From assembly GCA_913031555.1 (NCBI GenBank), contig CAJWDO010000001.1:1-36012 (forward strand): DNA of 36,012 bases, in the 5' to 3' direction. The notes under the pieces were generated by a model that ran no database searches, had not been told where the DNA came from, and saw only the letters and a list, made by a program, of their open reading frames with translations. The DNA is from an uncultured Alphaproteobacteria bacterium (GTDB lineage Bacteria > Pseudomonadota > Alphaproteobacteria > Puniceispirillales > Puniceispirillaceae). The translations under genes and the position numbers were made by a program. Numbering within the stretch: position 1 is the stretch's first letter; each line of letters starts with the position of its first letter. Below, piece by piece: positions 1 to 9,745 of this stretch.

Positions 1-38
1 CAGCGTTCGTTCTGAGCCAGGATCAAACTCTTAGGTTA
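1..38 (-). rRNA. rrs: 16S rRNA gene, 5' end only (continues beyond window start)
   Basis: Reverse complement of 1-31 reads AGAGTTTGATCCTGGCTCAGAACGAACGCTG, the universal 27F region followed by an alphaproteobacterial-type continuation. The mature 5' end is estimated about 7 nt upstream of it. Confidence 0.95.
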
Positions 39-210
39 GACTGGTTCAACGGATTGCTCCGTGAACATAGCCCGCCCAATTTAATCCATGTTCATATACT
101 TCACATTGAAGTAAGCGTTCAAAGATTCATCGGGCTGACTTTGTTGTTTACAAAGGACGATACGTTCACACGAACCGCCACCCGCGAATCTCTTCCAAAT
201 GATCTCACGA

Positions 211-222
211 TTTCAAATAGCG
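211..222 (-). promoter_or_regulatory. boxA-like antitermination element in rRNA leader
   Basis: Minus strand CGCTATTTGAAA resembles the rrn boxA consensus (TGCTCTTTAACA) and lies between the promoter and the 16S start. Confidence 0.55.
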
Positions 223-285
223 ACCAACACTCTGCGACACGCGCTGGTTGTTGGTAGGTGCTGCCCGGTCGGGCAACGAGCGCGG

Positions 286-314
286 TTTATATGCCGGACC
301 ATTCACCCTGTCCA
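286..314 (-). promoter_or_regulatory. sigma70-type rRNA operon promoter
   Basis: Minus strand TGGACA-N17-TATAAA, followed by a GC-rich discriminator (CCGCGCTC) and preceded by an AT-rich tract. Confidence 0.7.
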
Positions 315-398
315 GCCCTAAAATGCGCTTTTCTCACTATTTTTTCATGAACTTGTAACATCCCAACGCTCCCTAACTCCCGACATCATTTCCAGGGC

Positions 399-431
399 CC
401 GGAAATTCGCCGGAAATCCACCAAAAATCTA
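399..431. repeat. degenerate 11-bp tandem repeat x3
   Basis: ccggaaattcg / ccggaaatcca / ccaaaaatcta. Confidence 0.6.
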
Positions 432-734
432 TCTTTGCGGTTCATTTAAAAAAGCCTGTGCAAATTAGCACATACAGAAAAATCCCCGTGAATCATTTTA
501 TCCAGCTGAGGCCCTGTTTCCTCAATATAGCCCTTTTGAACAGGTCGAATGAACATACAGCGCGTCAAGACAGCACTCTAACGTCCCGTTGCAAATTTCT
601 GAATCATATCGGATTTTCTGCCAGCTCTATTGACCAAAGACGTTAGTTCCTGAATTATGAGCGCGATCTGGGGCCGACATTCGGACAGAATGCCGGGTCG
701 GCAAGTTGACCAACAGGACTACGGGACCGTTAAT

Positions 735-2111
735 ATGATTCGCAGTTTGATGCGTTTGGTGATTCTTGGACCGATGCTGTTTCCAGCCGCTGTGAGCTGG
801 GCGGCGATGGAGCCGTTGCATAGTGACGGCATGCCTTTGCCGATGCCAAAGCCCGATCCGGCTTTGATGTATCCGGCGGAACCTGTTGATATCGAAATCC
901 CCCTTCCGAGACCCGATCTGGCGACGATTCTGCCGCGCGCCACCCGCACTGTTACCGAAATGTTCCTGAAGCAGACCGGCAAGCTGACCGGCGATGAAGC
1001 AACCTATCGTCTCAAATCGGGCGAAGGTCTGGCGACATTGCTGCGGCGTGCCGGGTATGAACGTGCCGACGCGGCGGCCGCGATTAATGCCGTGATCGGA
1101 CGCGCCAGCCTGCGCTCGCTGCCGGTCGGGCTGAAAATTCGCGCAACGCGCGACGGTTTTGCCTTCACGGCGCGAAACGGGCGCGACATCTTCGCCATCC
1201 GCGATCCGGAAGAAGGCTGGCTTGCCTTTACCGCGATCAGGCCTGTTGAACGCTACCTTTCCTATGCACAGGGGGTTATCGATGATTCGATCTATCGGGC
1301 CGCGAGCGTTAACGATATCCCCGACCCGGCACTGGCCGAATATATTCGGGTGATGGGTTTCTCGGTCGATTTCCAGCGTGAGATCCGCAGCGGCGATGCC
1401 TTCGAGCTTCTCTATGAACAGCAGATCGACCAGATCACCGGTGATGTCATAGGCACCCAACTGCATTACGCCGGGCTAATGCTTTCGGGCAAGCAGCTCG
1501 GCTTCTACCGCTATGACCATGACGGGTCGCGCGTCGGCTGGTATGACCGCAAGGGCAATTCGGCGGCGCGCACACTGATTCGCACGCCGATCTCGGGTGC
1601 CAGGCTATCATCATCCTTTGGCATGCGCCGGCATCCGATCAGCGGCTACAACTCAATGCACCGGGGGGTTGATTTTGCCGCCCCGACGGGCACTCCGATC
1701 ATTGCCGCCGGCAGTGGTGTGATCACAGAGGCTGGATGGTACGGCTCCTATGGCCGCTATATCCGCGTGCGACACAACAGCACCTACGATACCGCCTACG
1801 CCCACATGTCACGGATCGCCCGTGGCATCAGGCCCGGCGCACGGGTCGAACAGGGGCAGGTCATCGGCTATGTCGGGTCAACCGGACGGTCGACCGGGCC
1901 ACATCTGCACTATGAGATCCTGGTGAATAACCGCAAAGTGAACCCGCTGACAGTCAGTCTGCCAACGGGCGAACATATCCCGCCCGAACTTCTGACCAAT
2001 TTCCATTCCAAGGTCGAGCTTGTCGAGGCTGAAATGCTGGCCACCGGCAATCTACGCTTTGCCGCAATGGAATTGCTGTCATCCGAAAGCGGCGCATCAC
2101 TTGCGCCCTGA
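735..2111 (+). CDS. M23 family metallopeptidase (peptidoglycan DD-endopeptidase, MepM-like)
   Basis: HRGVDFAAP (HxxxD) and TGPHLHYE (HxH) zinc motifs. A signal-peptide-like N-terminus begins at ATG 735; the ORF is open from 657. Confidence 0.92.
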   Translation: MIRSLMRLVILGPMLFPAAVSWAAMEPLHSDGMPLPMPKPDPALMYPAEPVDIEIPLPRPDLATILPRATRTVTEMFLKQTGKLTGDEATYRLKSGEGLATLLRRAGYERADAAAAINAVIGRASLRSLPVGLKIRATRDGFAFTARNGRDIFAIRDPEEGWLAFTAIRPVERYLSYAQGVIDDSIYRAASVNDIPDPALAEYIRVMGFSVDFQREIRSGDAFELLYEQQIDQITGDVIGTQLHYAGLMLSGKQLGFYRYDHDGSRVGWYDRKGNSAARTLIRTPISGARLSSSFGMRRHPISGYNSMHRGVDFAAPTGTPIIAAGSGVITEAGWYGSYGRYIRVRHNSTYDTAYAHMSRIARGIRPGARVEQGQVIGYVGSTGRSTGPHLHYEILVNNRKVNPLTVSLPTGEHIPPELLTNFHSKVELVEAEMLATGNLRFAAMELLSSESGASLAP

Positions 2112-2124
2112 CCGGCAGGACCAA

Positions 2125-2195
2125 CATGATTCCCAACTCTCATGATTCCCAGCCCTCATGATTTCCAGCACTTATGATTCCTGGCCGCCATGATT
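2125..2195 (+). repeat. 16-bp degenerate tandem repeat, 4 copies plus a partial fifth containing the MOSC start codon
   Basis: catgattcccaactct / catgattcccagccct / catgatttccagcact / tatgattcctggccgc / catgatt. Confidence 0.9.
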
Positions 2196-2951
2196 ATTGA
2201 CGAGTTGTGGCAGTTTCCGGTGAAGGGGCTTGGCGGTGTGCGGCTGAGCAGCGCCGACCTTGTCGCCGGGCGGCCTTTCCCCGGCGACCGGCAATTCGCC
2301 ATCACCACCGGTCATCCGCGCTTCGCTGACACGCCTGATGGCAACTGGCAGAAAAAAGCGGCCTTCCTGCAGCTGATGTCACATGAACGGCTTGTCGCGG
2401 TCGACTATCATTTTGAAGGCACGGTGATAACGATTTCGCGTGACGGGACGGAACAACTCACCGCCGATATGGACACCGTCGAAGGCGCGGCTGGCATCTC
2501 TGCATTCTTCGCTGATCTTCTTGGCGATTCGCTTGCCGGGTCACCACGGCTGATGCGAATCAATGACGGTGCATATACAGATCAAAAGGCGCCATGGATC
2601 AGCCTTGGCGGCACCGCCTCTGTCGCGCATGTCGCGCGGACGATGGGGCACCGCCCTGACGCCCGCCGCTATCGGTTGAACGTCATGCTGGAAACGCAGA
2701 CACCATTTGAAGAGGCCAATCTGATTGGCCATAAAATCGCCCTTGGCGATGCTGTGCTATCCATAGTGGAACCTGTTGGCCGCTGCGCCGCCATTGATGT
2801 CGATCCGGAGAACGGCGAGCGCGGGCCGCACCTGCTGCCCCGCATGGAGACATCGTTCGGCCATACAGATCTCGGCATATTCGCGGAAATAATTGATGGC
2901 GGTACTGTCACGCCGGGTGACAGGCTGCGAATTCTGGATCAGGCCGGTTGA
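2190..2951 (+). CDS. MOSC domain-containing protein
   Basis: N-terminal FPVKGLGG...PGDR, RYRLNV and RCAAIDVDP motifs typical of the MOSC family. Confidence 0.9.
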   Translation: MIIDELWQFPVKGLGGVRLSSADLVAGRPFPGDRQFAITTGHPRFADTPDGNWQKKAAFLQLMSHERLVAVDYHFEGTVITISRDGTEQLTADMDTVEGAAGISAFFADLLGDSLAGSPRLMRINDGAYTDQKAPWISLGGTASVAHVARTMGHRPDARRYRLNVMLETQTPFEEANLIGHKIALGDAVLSIVEPVGRCAAIDVDPENGERGPHLLPRMETSFGHTDLGIFAEIIDGGTVTPGDRLRILDQAG

Positions 2952-2978
2952 ATCGGGCCGGTTGAATCAGGCTGGCTG
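2941..2978. repeat. 14-bp tandem duplication spanning the MOSC stop codon
   Basis: aggccggttgaatc / gggccggttgaatc / aggctggctg. Confidence 0.8.
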
Positions 2979-2987
2979 TTGCCGGCC

Positions 2988-3479
2988 TCACGCAGAGGCC
3001 GGGTCCTGGTCTTCCTGTATCTTTTCGGCAAGCTGTGCAGGCGTCAGATCGACAACCTCGGCACCACCAGCCTCCTTCGTGTCATCATTTTCAGCATCAT
3101 TTTCGACGCTGTCGCCAGCAGGCTTTTCCTCGGTCGAAGGCTGCTCGCCAATCACCGGTTGCGGCCCGTCAGAACGCGGCTGGCGATCGGCATGCTGTGT
3201 CTTGCGTTCCTCGGCAGCGTCGATCGCGGCCTGATGCAAACGATAATAGTGATCCGCGAACTGCGTATAGGCCTCGGCGGTGATCCGTTCGCCGGCGGCG
3301 GCGGCATCATGTGCCAGCGCCTGATATTTCTCGTTCAGCTGCTGTGCATTGCCTCGCAGCTTCACTTCCGGCCCATTGGACTCATATGAGGTGTTTCTGT
3401 TCGGCACATTTGGTTGGGCGCTGCCGTTGCCCCGGCGGCCACGTCCGCGACCGCGCTTTGCATTCTGAGGTTGTCTCAT
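2988..3479 (-). CDS. DUF4167 domain-containing protein
   Basis: Arg/Gly-rich N-terminus, YESNGPEVKLRGNAQQLNEKY...ADHYYR core and acidic tail; usual position downstream of prmC. Confidence 0.9.
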   Translation of the reverse strand: MRQPQNAKRGRGRGRRGNGSAQPNVPNRNTSYESNGPEVKLRGNAQQLNEKYQALAHDAAAAGERITAEAYTQFADHYYRLHQAAIDAAEERKTQHADRQPRSDGPQPVIGEQPSTEEKPAGDSVENDAENDDTKEAGGAEVVDLTPAQLAEKIQEDQDPASA

Positions 3480-3616
3480 CGACCTGTTTACCGGTTATTG
3501 CAACTGTTGCGGCAAGCGGCCTGCACCTCATCCGAGGCTCTGATCGGCTTGCCAGACGTTACCGCCATATTCGGAGGTTCGTTCGCGGCGCACCCGGCGC
3601 CGCTGTCAACAAAAGC

Positions 3617-3646
3617 ACAATAGCCACCAGATGCCCGCCATATCAA
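3617..3646 (-). promoter_or_regulatory. candidate promoter of DUF4167 gene
   Basis: Minus strand cTTGATA-N18-TATTGT. Confidence 0.4.
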
Positions 3647-3648
3647 GT

Positions 3649-3679
3649 TAAAATATGCACCAATGGTAAAATATGCGCC
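3649..3679. repeat. direct repeat with 18-bp period
   Basis: taaaatatgcacc (3649-3661) and taaaatatgcgcc (3667-3679). Confidence 0.7.
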
Positions 3680-3680
3680 G

Positions 3681-4583
3681 TCATCTTGCCACGATGAAGG
3701 AAAGACATCTGACGATGCCGGCCATGTCGGCGGCGTCATCGGCAGGCTGCAGACCGGCTGCGATGGCAAGATCGGTGACCTGCGATTGCTGGCCGGCGCC
3801 AATCTCGACAAAAGCACGACCCCCGAGCGCCAGCCCGTGCGCTATGCGCGGCAGCAGACGCCGCCAGCTGTCCAGCCCGGCCTCGCCACCATCAAGCGCC
3901 AGACGCGGATCGAACCTCGCCACCTCACTCGCCAGACCGTCAATCTCAGCCTGCGGAATATAAGGCGGGTTGCACAGGATCAGATCGAATCTGTTTCTGC
4001 CAGAATGAGGATTGCCAGAATCAGGATCGGCAAAATCCCCTTCAACAAAACTGGCGCGCCCCCCAAGGCCAAGATGCGTGGCATTGGCGGTAGCTGTCCG
4101 GACAGCGCCGGCGCTTATATCGATCCCGACGCCGCTGGCCTGTGGAAGTTCCGACAGGCAGGCGAGAAGAAGCGCGCCGGACCCGGTGCCAAGATCAAGA
4201 AGGCGCAGCGTCTCATATCGACGCTCGCCAACCCATGCCAACGCAGCGGCGACAACGGTTTCGGAATCGGGGCGCGGGTCCAGCGTCTCGGGTGAAAGGC
4301 CCAGCCTGAGTGACCAGAATTCCCGCCATCCGCGAATCCTGCTGACCGGCTCTCCGGCCATCCGTCGTTCAATGATGGCAGCAAATTCCTGGCGGCGCTC
4401 GGACGTCCAGTCCACAAGCGTCTCATGCGGCAGCACCGCATCGTCACGACCAAGCGCAACGCCAAGAAGAAGCCGCGCATCCAGCGCCGCGCTGTCGATT
4501 CCGGCGTCGTGAAGCCTTGTCTGCGCCGGCACCAGAATTGTGCGCGCCTCGGGTGGATGGGGCGCTGCCGGCGGCAGGTTCAT
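3681..4583 (-). CDS. prmC: release factor glutamine N5-methyltransferase
   Basis: [11 protein letters not shown] motif, NPPY motif and PRPDSET; overlaps the prfA stop. Confidence 0.96.
   Translation of the reverse strand: MNLPPAAPHPPEARTILVPAQTRLHDAGIDSAALDARLLLGVALGRDDAVLPHETLVDWTSERRQEFAAIIERRMAGEPVSRIRGWREFWSLRLGLSPETLDPRPDSETVVAAALAWVGERRYETLRLLDLGTGSGALLLACLSELPQASGVGIDISAGAVRTATANATHLGLGGRASFVEGDFADPDSGNPHSGRNRFDLILCNPPYIPQAEIDGLASEVARFDPRLALDGGEAGLDSWRRLLPRIAHGLALGGRAFVEIGAGQQSQVTDLAIAAGLQPADDAADMAGIVRCLSFIVAR
3998..4037. repeat. 15-bp in-frame tandem duplication in prmC
   Basis: tgccagaatgaggat / tgccagaatcaggat / cggcaaaatc; encodes [13 protein letters not shown]. Confidence 0.7.
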
Positions 4584-5659
4584 TCACCACCCTCGGCAAG
4601 GCGCTGCGCCTGATCCTCTGCGACGAGCGCTTCCACCACCTCGTCAAGCGCCTCGCCGGCAATTACCTTGTCGAGCTTGTAAAGCGTCAGGTTGATCCGG
4701 TGATCTGTCACCCGCCCCTGTGGGAAGTTATAGGTGCGAATGCGTTCCGACCGGTCGCCGGACCCGACCTGCCCCTTGCGGGACGCGGCGCGCTCGGCTT
4801 GCAGGCGCGCCCGCTCGGCATCATACAGCCTGGCACGCAGGATCTTCATCGCCTTGGCGCGGTTCTTGTGCTGCGATTTCTCATCCTGCTGACTGACGAC
4901 AATTCCCGTCGGCATGTGGGTGATCCGCACCGCCGAATCGGTGGTGTTGACCGACTGCCCACCCGGGCCGGATGCCCGGAACACATCGATCCGCAGGTCG
5001 CTTTCCTGAACGTCGATGTCGACGTCCTCGGCCTCTGGAAGCACCGCCACGGTGGCCGCCGAGGTGTGTATGCGTCCTCCGGCCTCGGTTTCCGGCACGC
5101 GTTGCACGCGGTGCACGCCTGACTCGAACTTCAGCCTCGCGAAAACGTCGCTCCCGGCAATGTTGGCTGTGGCTTCCTTGTAGCCACCGATGCCGGTTTC
5201 CGACACCTCCATGACCTCGAACCGCCACCCATGCTTCGCCGCGAAACGCTGATACATACCGAACAGGTCGGAGGCGAACAGCGCCGCCTCGTCCCCACCG
5301 GTGCCGGCCCGCACCTCAAGAATGGCATTGCGCGAATCATCCCGGTCACGCGGCAGCAGCAAAAGCTGCAGCGCCTTCATCTCGTCGGGAAGACGGGATT
5401 CGACCTCATCAATCTCGGCGCGCGCCATCTCCACGATCTCGGCATCACCGTCGGCTTCATCAATCATCTGTGAGGCCGCCTCGCGGTCCGCCTCCAGACG
5501 GCGCACAAGCTCGGTCTGCTCACAGACCGGTCGCAATTCGGCAAGTTCGCGTGACAGGCTGGCAAGCTCATCGGGCACCAGTCCAGCCGATTCCGAGAGC
5601 CGTGCCTCGACCTCGGCCCGGCGCGCCATCACCCGGTCCATGCTCTGATCAAGGCTCAT
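4580..5659 (-). CDS. prfA: peptide chain release factor 1
   Basis: [18 protein letters not shown] (GGQ) and [10 protein letters not shown] (PxT motif of RF1). Confidence 0.98.
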   Translation of the reverse strand: MSLDQSMDRVMARRAEVEARLSESAGLVPDELASLSRELAELRPVCEQTELVRRLEADREAASQMIDEADGDAEIVEMARAEIDEVESRLPDEMKALQLLLLPRDRDDSRNAILEVRAGTGGDEAALFASDLFGMYQRFAAKHGWRFEVMEVSETGIGGYKEATANIAGSDVFARLKFESGVHRVQRVPETEAGGRIHTSAATVAVLPEAEDVDIDVQESDLRIDVFRASGPGGQSVNTTDSAVRITHMPTGIVVSQQDEKSQHKNRAKAMKILRARLYDAERARLQAERAASRKGQVGSGDRSERIRTYNFPQGRVTDHRINLTLYKLDKVIAGEALDEVVEALVAEDQAQRLAEGGE

Positions 5660-6927
5660 GCGCTGGTCCCGTCGGTATGATTTGCCAGCGTGCCGGCGAG
5701 GTGTGATGACAGATCGGCCTGCGCGATCTCATCCTGCGTTCCGGTTGTCAGGTCACGAAGCTGCGCCGTGCCGCCGGCAATCTCGTCACTGCCAAGGATT
5801 ACCGCTATTCTGACACCGGCCCGATCGGCCTTCTTCAGACGCTTTCCAATGGCACCGCCCGTCGGCACATCGACTGCGATACCGGCATCGCGAAGCATCT
5901 CGGCAACGGCATAGGCCGCCACACCGGCATCGTCATCCATCGGCATCACCGCAACCGGCGGCGCGACTGGCGCCTCGGCCCCGGCAAGCATGGCGAGGCG
6001 TTCAACGCCAGCGGCCCATCCGACCCCGGGAACCGGCGGGCCGCCAAGCATTTCGGACAGCCCGTCATAGCGGCCACCGCCAAGAACCGTCCCCTGAGCC
6101 CCAAGGTCGTCGGTGATGAACTCGAACGCCGTGTGGCAATAATAGTCGAGCCCGCGAACAAGCAGCGGATCAAACCGCCAGGCAATGCCTGCCTTGTCCA
6201 GAGATTCTGTCACAACCGCGAAATGCGCCTTTGAAATATCATTCAGATATTCGTCAAGACGCGGCGCCTCGGCTAGGATGGCGCGATCCCCCTTGTCCTT
6301 GGAATCGAGAATTCGAAGTGGATTTGTCTGCAGACGGGTCTGGCTGTCTTCGGACAGATCACCGGCATGAGTGTCCAGAAACGCCAATAACGCCGTACGG
6401 TAGGCCTGACGACTTTCGCTGTCGCCAAGCGAATTGAGATGCAATGTGCAGCGATCAAGAACGCCGAGCCCGTCAAGAACCCGCGCGCCACAGCCGATGA
6501 TCTCGGCATCGGCAAGACCGTCACGCGGTCCCAGATATTCGATTCCAATCTGGTGAAACTGCCGCATGCGCCCCTTTTGTGGCCGTTCGTAGCGGAACAT
6601 CGGGCCAGCATAGAAAAATTTCAATGGCAGGCTCTGTGTCAACCCGTTGGAGATCATCGCCCGCACGACGCCAGCGGTATTCTCCGGCCGCAGGGTCAGC
6701 GTCTCACCGCCGCGATCAGTGAAATTGTAGGTCTCCTTGGTCACGACATCGCTGCTGTCGCCAAGCGGGCGCGAGAACACCTCGGCAAATTCGAAGATCG
6801 GCGTTGCCATTTCCTGAAAGCCGTACAGCGATGACATGTCACGGGCGGTATCTATGACCCGGCGATGCGCGGCCATTGCCTCAGGAAGCACGTCCGAGGT
6901 ACCTCTGACTGTTTGCAAACGAGACAT
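5656..6927 (-). CDS. hisS: histidine--tRNA ligase
   Basis: [28 protein letters not shown] and GGGRYDGL motifs. Confidence 0.98.
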   Translation of the reverse strand: MSRLQTVRGTSDVLPEAMAAHRRVIDTARDMSSLYGFQEMATPIFEFAEVFSRPLGDSSDVVTKETYNFTDRGGETLTLRPENTAGVVRAMISNGLTQSLPLKFFYAGPMFRYERPQKGRMRQFHQIGIEYLGPRDGLADAEIIGCGARVLDGLGVLDRCTLHLNSLGDSESRQAYRTALLAFLDTHAGDLSEDSQTRLQTNPLRILDSKDKGDRAILAEAPRLDEYLNDISKAHFAVVTESLDKAGIAWRFDPLLVRGLDYYCHTAFEFITDDLGAQGTVLGGGRYDGLSEMLGGPPVPGVGWAAGVERLAMLAGAEAPVAPPVAVMPMDDDAGVAAYAVAEMLRDAGIAVDVPTGGAIGKRLKKADRAGVRIAVILGSDEIAGGTAQLRDLTTGTQDEIAQADLSSHLAGTLANHTDGTSA

Positions 6928-6981
6928 GTTCAGCGTGTCCTTGGCATGATCCTGTAACGGAATGAGTGGCCCTGCCGGCGA

Positions 6982-8097
6982 CTAGGCTTCGATTTCGCCT
7001 GATTTGATGGCGGCGGCGCGATCCTCGACAAGGCCGACAACATGCTCGACGATGTCACCATTCGTCAACCTGTGATCGGCCATGCCGGACACATAGAGTT
7101 GATGCGTGCCGCGACCACCACCCGTCAGCCCGATATCGGTCTCACGGGCCTCGCCGGGACCATTGACGACACAGCCGATGATCGACACCGTCATCGGAAC
7201 GTCGATATGTTCCAGCCGTTCCTCGATTGTCTGCACGGTGCTGATCACGTCGAATTGCTGGCGCGCGCATGAAGGGCATGAAATCACCGTCACACCGCGG
7301 CGGCGCAACCCCAGCGACTTCAGCATCTCATAGGCAACCCGTACTTCTTCGGCGGGGTCGGCCGACAACGAGACGCGGATCGTGTCACCAATGCCGGCCC
7401 ACAGCAACCCACCAAGCCCGATCGCCGACTTGACCGTGCCGGCGCGCAGGCCGCCGGCTTCGGTGATGCCAATATGAAGTGGACAGTCGATGGCATCGGC
7501 AAGCTGTTGATAGGCGGCAACGGCCAGAAACACGTCGGATGCCTTTACCGAAATCTTGAATTCATGGAAATCGTTATCCTGCAGGATGCGCGCATGTTCC
7601 AGCGCCGATTCAACGAGCGCCTCGGGACATGGTTCGGCATATTTTTCCAGAAGATGCTTTTCCAGCGAGCCGGCATTGACGCCGATCCGCATCGAACAGC
7701 CATGGTCGCGCGCCGCGCTGATCACCTCCCGAACACGGTCGGCCCGACCGATATTGCCGGGATTGATCCGCAGACAGGCGGCGCCGGCGGCGGCGGCCTC
7801 GATGGCGCGGCGATAATGAAAGTGAATGTCGGCGATGATCGGCACCGGACTTGCCGCACAGATTTCACGCAGCGCCGCGGTGCTGTCCTGGTCGGGGCAT
7901 GACACGCGGACAATGTCGACGCCGGCGGTGGCGGCAGCATCGATTTGCGCCAGTGTGGCTTTGACATCCGTCGTCGGTGTGTTGGTCATGGTCTGCACCG
8001 AAATCGGTGCATCCCCGCCAACAGGCACGGTGCCGACCATAATCTGGCGGCACTGACGACGTTCAATGGTTCTGTAGGCTCGGTAGGCGTTGGCCAC
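6982..8097 (-). CDS. ispG: 4-hydroxy-3-methylbut-2-en-1-yl diphosphate synthase
   Basis: VQTMTNT, ADIHF, RINPGN, CPSCAR and GCVVNGPGE motifs; GTG start with GAGGAG SD. Confidence 0.97.
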   Translation of the reverse strand: MANAYRAYRTIERRQCRQIMVGTVPVGGDAPISVQTMTNTPTTDVKATLAQIDAAATAGVDIVRVSCPDQDSTAALREICAASPVPIIADIHFHYRRAIEAAAAGAACLRINPGNIGRADRVREVISAARDHGCSMRIGVNAGSLEKHLLEKYAEPCPEALVESALEHARILQDNDFHEFKISVKASDVFLAVAAYQQLADAIDCPLHIGITEAGGLRAGTVKSAIGLGGLLWAGIGDTIRVSLSADPAEEVRVAYEMLKSLGLRRRGVTVISCPSCARQQFDVISTVQTIEERLEHIDVPMTVSIIGCVVNGPGEARETDIGLTGGGRGTHQLYVSGMADHRLTNGDIVEHVVGLVEDRAAAIKSGEIEA

Positions 8098-8183
8098 GGC
8101 CGGCGCACTCCTCTTGGTCAGGCGGAAGGGACGTTACCCTTTACTGTACGCGAAAACCAGCCAGTCCCTCGCGCCGAGGTGTT

Positions 8184-9518
8184 CTAGAATTGATTGCGAA
8201 GCTTAGTGGCGTCAAGCAGCAGGTCGCGCAGGATTTCACCCGGATCACCAACCGAACGCACCGTGCCATCATTGAAGACCAGTTCAAGACCGCCAGCGTT
8301 GCCGGTACTGAGATACAGGCGGTCACGGCTGTCCACCATGTAAGTATCACCGTCCCGCATCAGCTTTGCCATCACTTCCTCGCCATCATTGCGAATGATC
8401 TCAACCCAACTGGCACCGGCGGCCCGAAGTGTGATTTCCAACTCTGGCACACGCTGGCGGGCGAAAGCGACACCGGTCCCGATCTGGCTGGACATCGTGT
8501 TGTCCATGGCGTCCGTGCTGTCAGGCGTGACGGTCGCCATCTGGTCAGCCACCACATCATCGGCTGGCCGGGTTGTCAGCGCCCCCTCGACAGCACCAAG
8601 ATCCGTTCCGCCCGCGGAGGTCGCCATGGTCGCGCCAGGAAGAGTCGCAGTTGGCAGAGCGGCTGTTGGCAGGACGCCCGTTGGCGTGGCCGCCCCGGAC
8701 TGCGCACCGTCGGCAAGCGTACCAGTCACCGGTTGCGTCTCTTCGGACGTCTCATCCACCGATATGGCCGCGATGTCTATTTCAACAGCCGGCGCCGCTT
8801 CAAGGATGGGCACCTCCGCCACCAACTCGCCAAATTCAATGGTGTCGGCAGCAATAGTGACAGGGGCCGGAAGCGGCGCAACCGCATCAGCCGGCGCCCC
8901 GGCACCATTCGTCACCATCCCATCCGCAGCGTCGGAAGAGTTGGCCAAATCGGCAGTGGACAGATCGGCACTGGGCAAAACGGCAGCGGCCAAATCAACC
9001 GGCTCGACATCGGTCTTGGCCATGTCGTCAGGCTCGGTTACGGCCAATTCAATTTGTGGCAGCACCACAGCTTCAGGCTCGGACTCACCAATCAGCGCGG
9101 TCAACAAATCCGGCTTGCCAACAGCATACCAACCCCCATACCCCATCACCGCAAAAATAACGATAATCGACGCCAGCATCGCTCCTGACCGCTGCGGGCG
9201 CTGGGTATCGACGGGAAAACTGTAGGACGGATCCTTTTCGCCATCATTGAGGAGAGCCCGATAACGCTGTGCCACCACAACGCCGTCCAAGCCGACTTCC
9301 TTCGCAAAGCTTCGCAAATAGCCGGCAACATAGGTGGAGCCCGGCAGCGAGTCGAAATCGCCGGCCTCAATACTCTTCAAATGATGTTTGGAAATCCGCA
9401 GGAGTTGCGATAACTCACTGATTTGAAGTCTTTCTTTAAGGCGAGCAGAGTTAAGATCAGCTCCAATCCGGACGAAGCTGTCCTTTACAACGCTTTCATC
9501 GCGCGCCTCAAATTCCAT
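8184..9518 (-). CDS. rodZ: RodZ-like cell shape protein (HTH + TM + acidic linker + DUF4115)
   Basis: N-terminal HTH (IEAGDFDSLPGSTYVAGYLRSFA), one TM segment, C-terminal SWVEI...STGNAGGL; lies upstream of ispG. Confidence 0.88.
   Translation of the reverse strand: MEFEARDESVVKDSFVRIGADLNSARLKERLQISELSQLLRISKHHLKSIEAGDFDSLPGSTYVAGYLRSFAKEVGLDGVVVAQRYRALLNDGEKDPSYSFPVDTQRPQRSGAMLASIIVIFAVMGYGGWYAVGKPDLLTALIGESEPEAVVLPQIELAVTEPDDMAKTDVEPVDLAAAVLPSADLSTADLANSSDAADGMVTNGAGAPADAVAPLPAPVTIAADTIEFGELVAEVPILEAAPAVEIDIAAISVDETSEETQPVTGTLADGAQSGAATPTGVLPTAALPTATLPGATMATSAGGTDLGAVEGALTTRPADDVVADQMATVTPDSTDAMDNTMSSQIGTGVAFARQRVPELEITLRAAGASWVEIIRNDGEEVMAKLMRDGDTYMVDSRDRLYLSTGNAGGLELVFNDGTVRSVGDPGEILRDLLLDATKLRNQF
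8647..8691. repeat. 15-bp in-frame degenerate repeat x3 in rodZ linker
   Basis: gcagttggcagagcg / gctgttggcaggacg / cccgttggcgtggcc; peptide ATPTG-VLPTA-ALPTA. Confidence 0.65.
8946..8996. repeat. 15-bp in-frame degenerate repeat x3 in rodZ linker
   Basis: caaatcggcagtgga / cagatcggcactggg / caaaacggcagcggc / caaatc; peptide DLAAAVLPSADLSTADL. Confidence 0.65.
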
Positions 9519-9595
9519 AACAGCCCACGCGGTATCAATTTCTTCCTGTAGATAACATTATCCCAAATCGCCAAGAATGCCAACATTTCAACGGC

Positions 9596-9610
9596 TCAAA
9601 TCAAGGTTAA
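9596..9610 (-). promoter_or_regulatory. CtrA-like box upstream of rodZ
   Basis: Minus strand TTAA-ccttgat-TTGA, one mismatch to TTAA-N7-TTAA. Confidence 0.35.
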
Positions 9611-9611
9611 T

Positions 9612-9690
9612 TCCAAAATCCCTGCCCAGAAACCTTGGTCAGAAGCCTTGGCCAAAACCCTTGGCCGGAAACCCTGGAAAGCAATCCCTG
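9612..9690. repeat. 13-bp degenerate tandem array, about 6 copies
   Basis: tccaaaatccctg / cccagaaaccttg / gtcagaagccttg / gccaaaacccttg / gccggaaaccctg / gaaagcaatccctg. Confidence 0.85.
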
Positions 9691-9745
9691 CAAGGACGAA
9701 GCACAAACCCACAGCCTGTGGCGGCGCTGACAGACCCGTGGCAGT

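Noticed and set aside
54-646. Short ORFs 54-257 and 458-646
   Set aside because: They fall in the rRNA leader and AT-richer promoter region and lack an SD or recognisable protein features.
9612-9690. Repeat arrays here and at 2125-2195 as possible CRISPR
   Set aside because: Units are 13-16 bp, contiguous and spacerless, and there are no cas genes.
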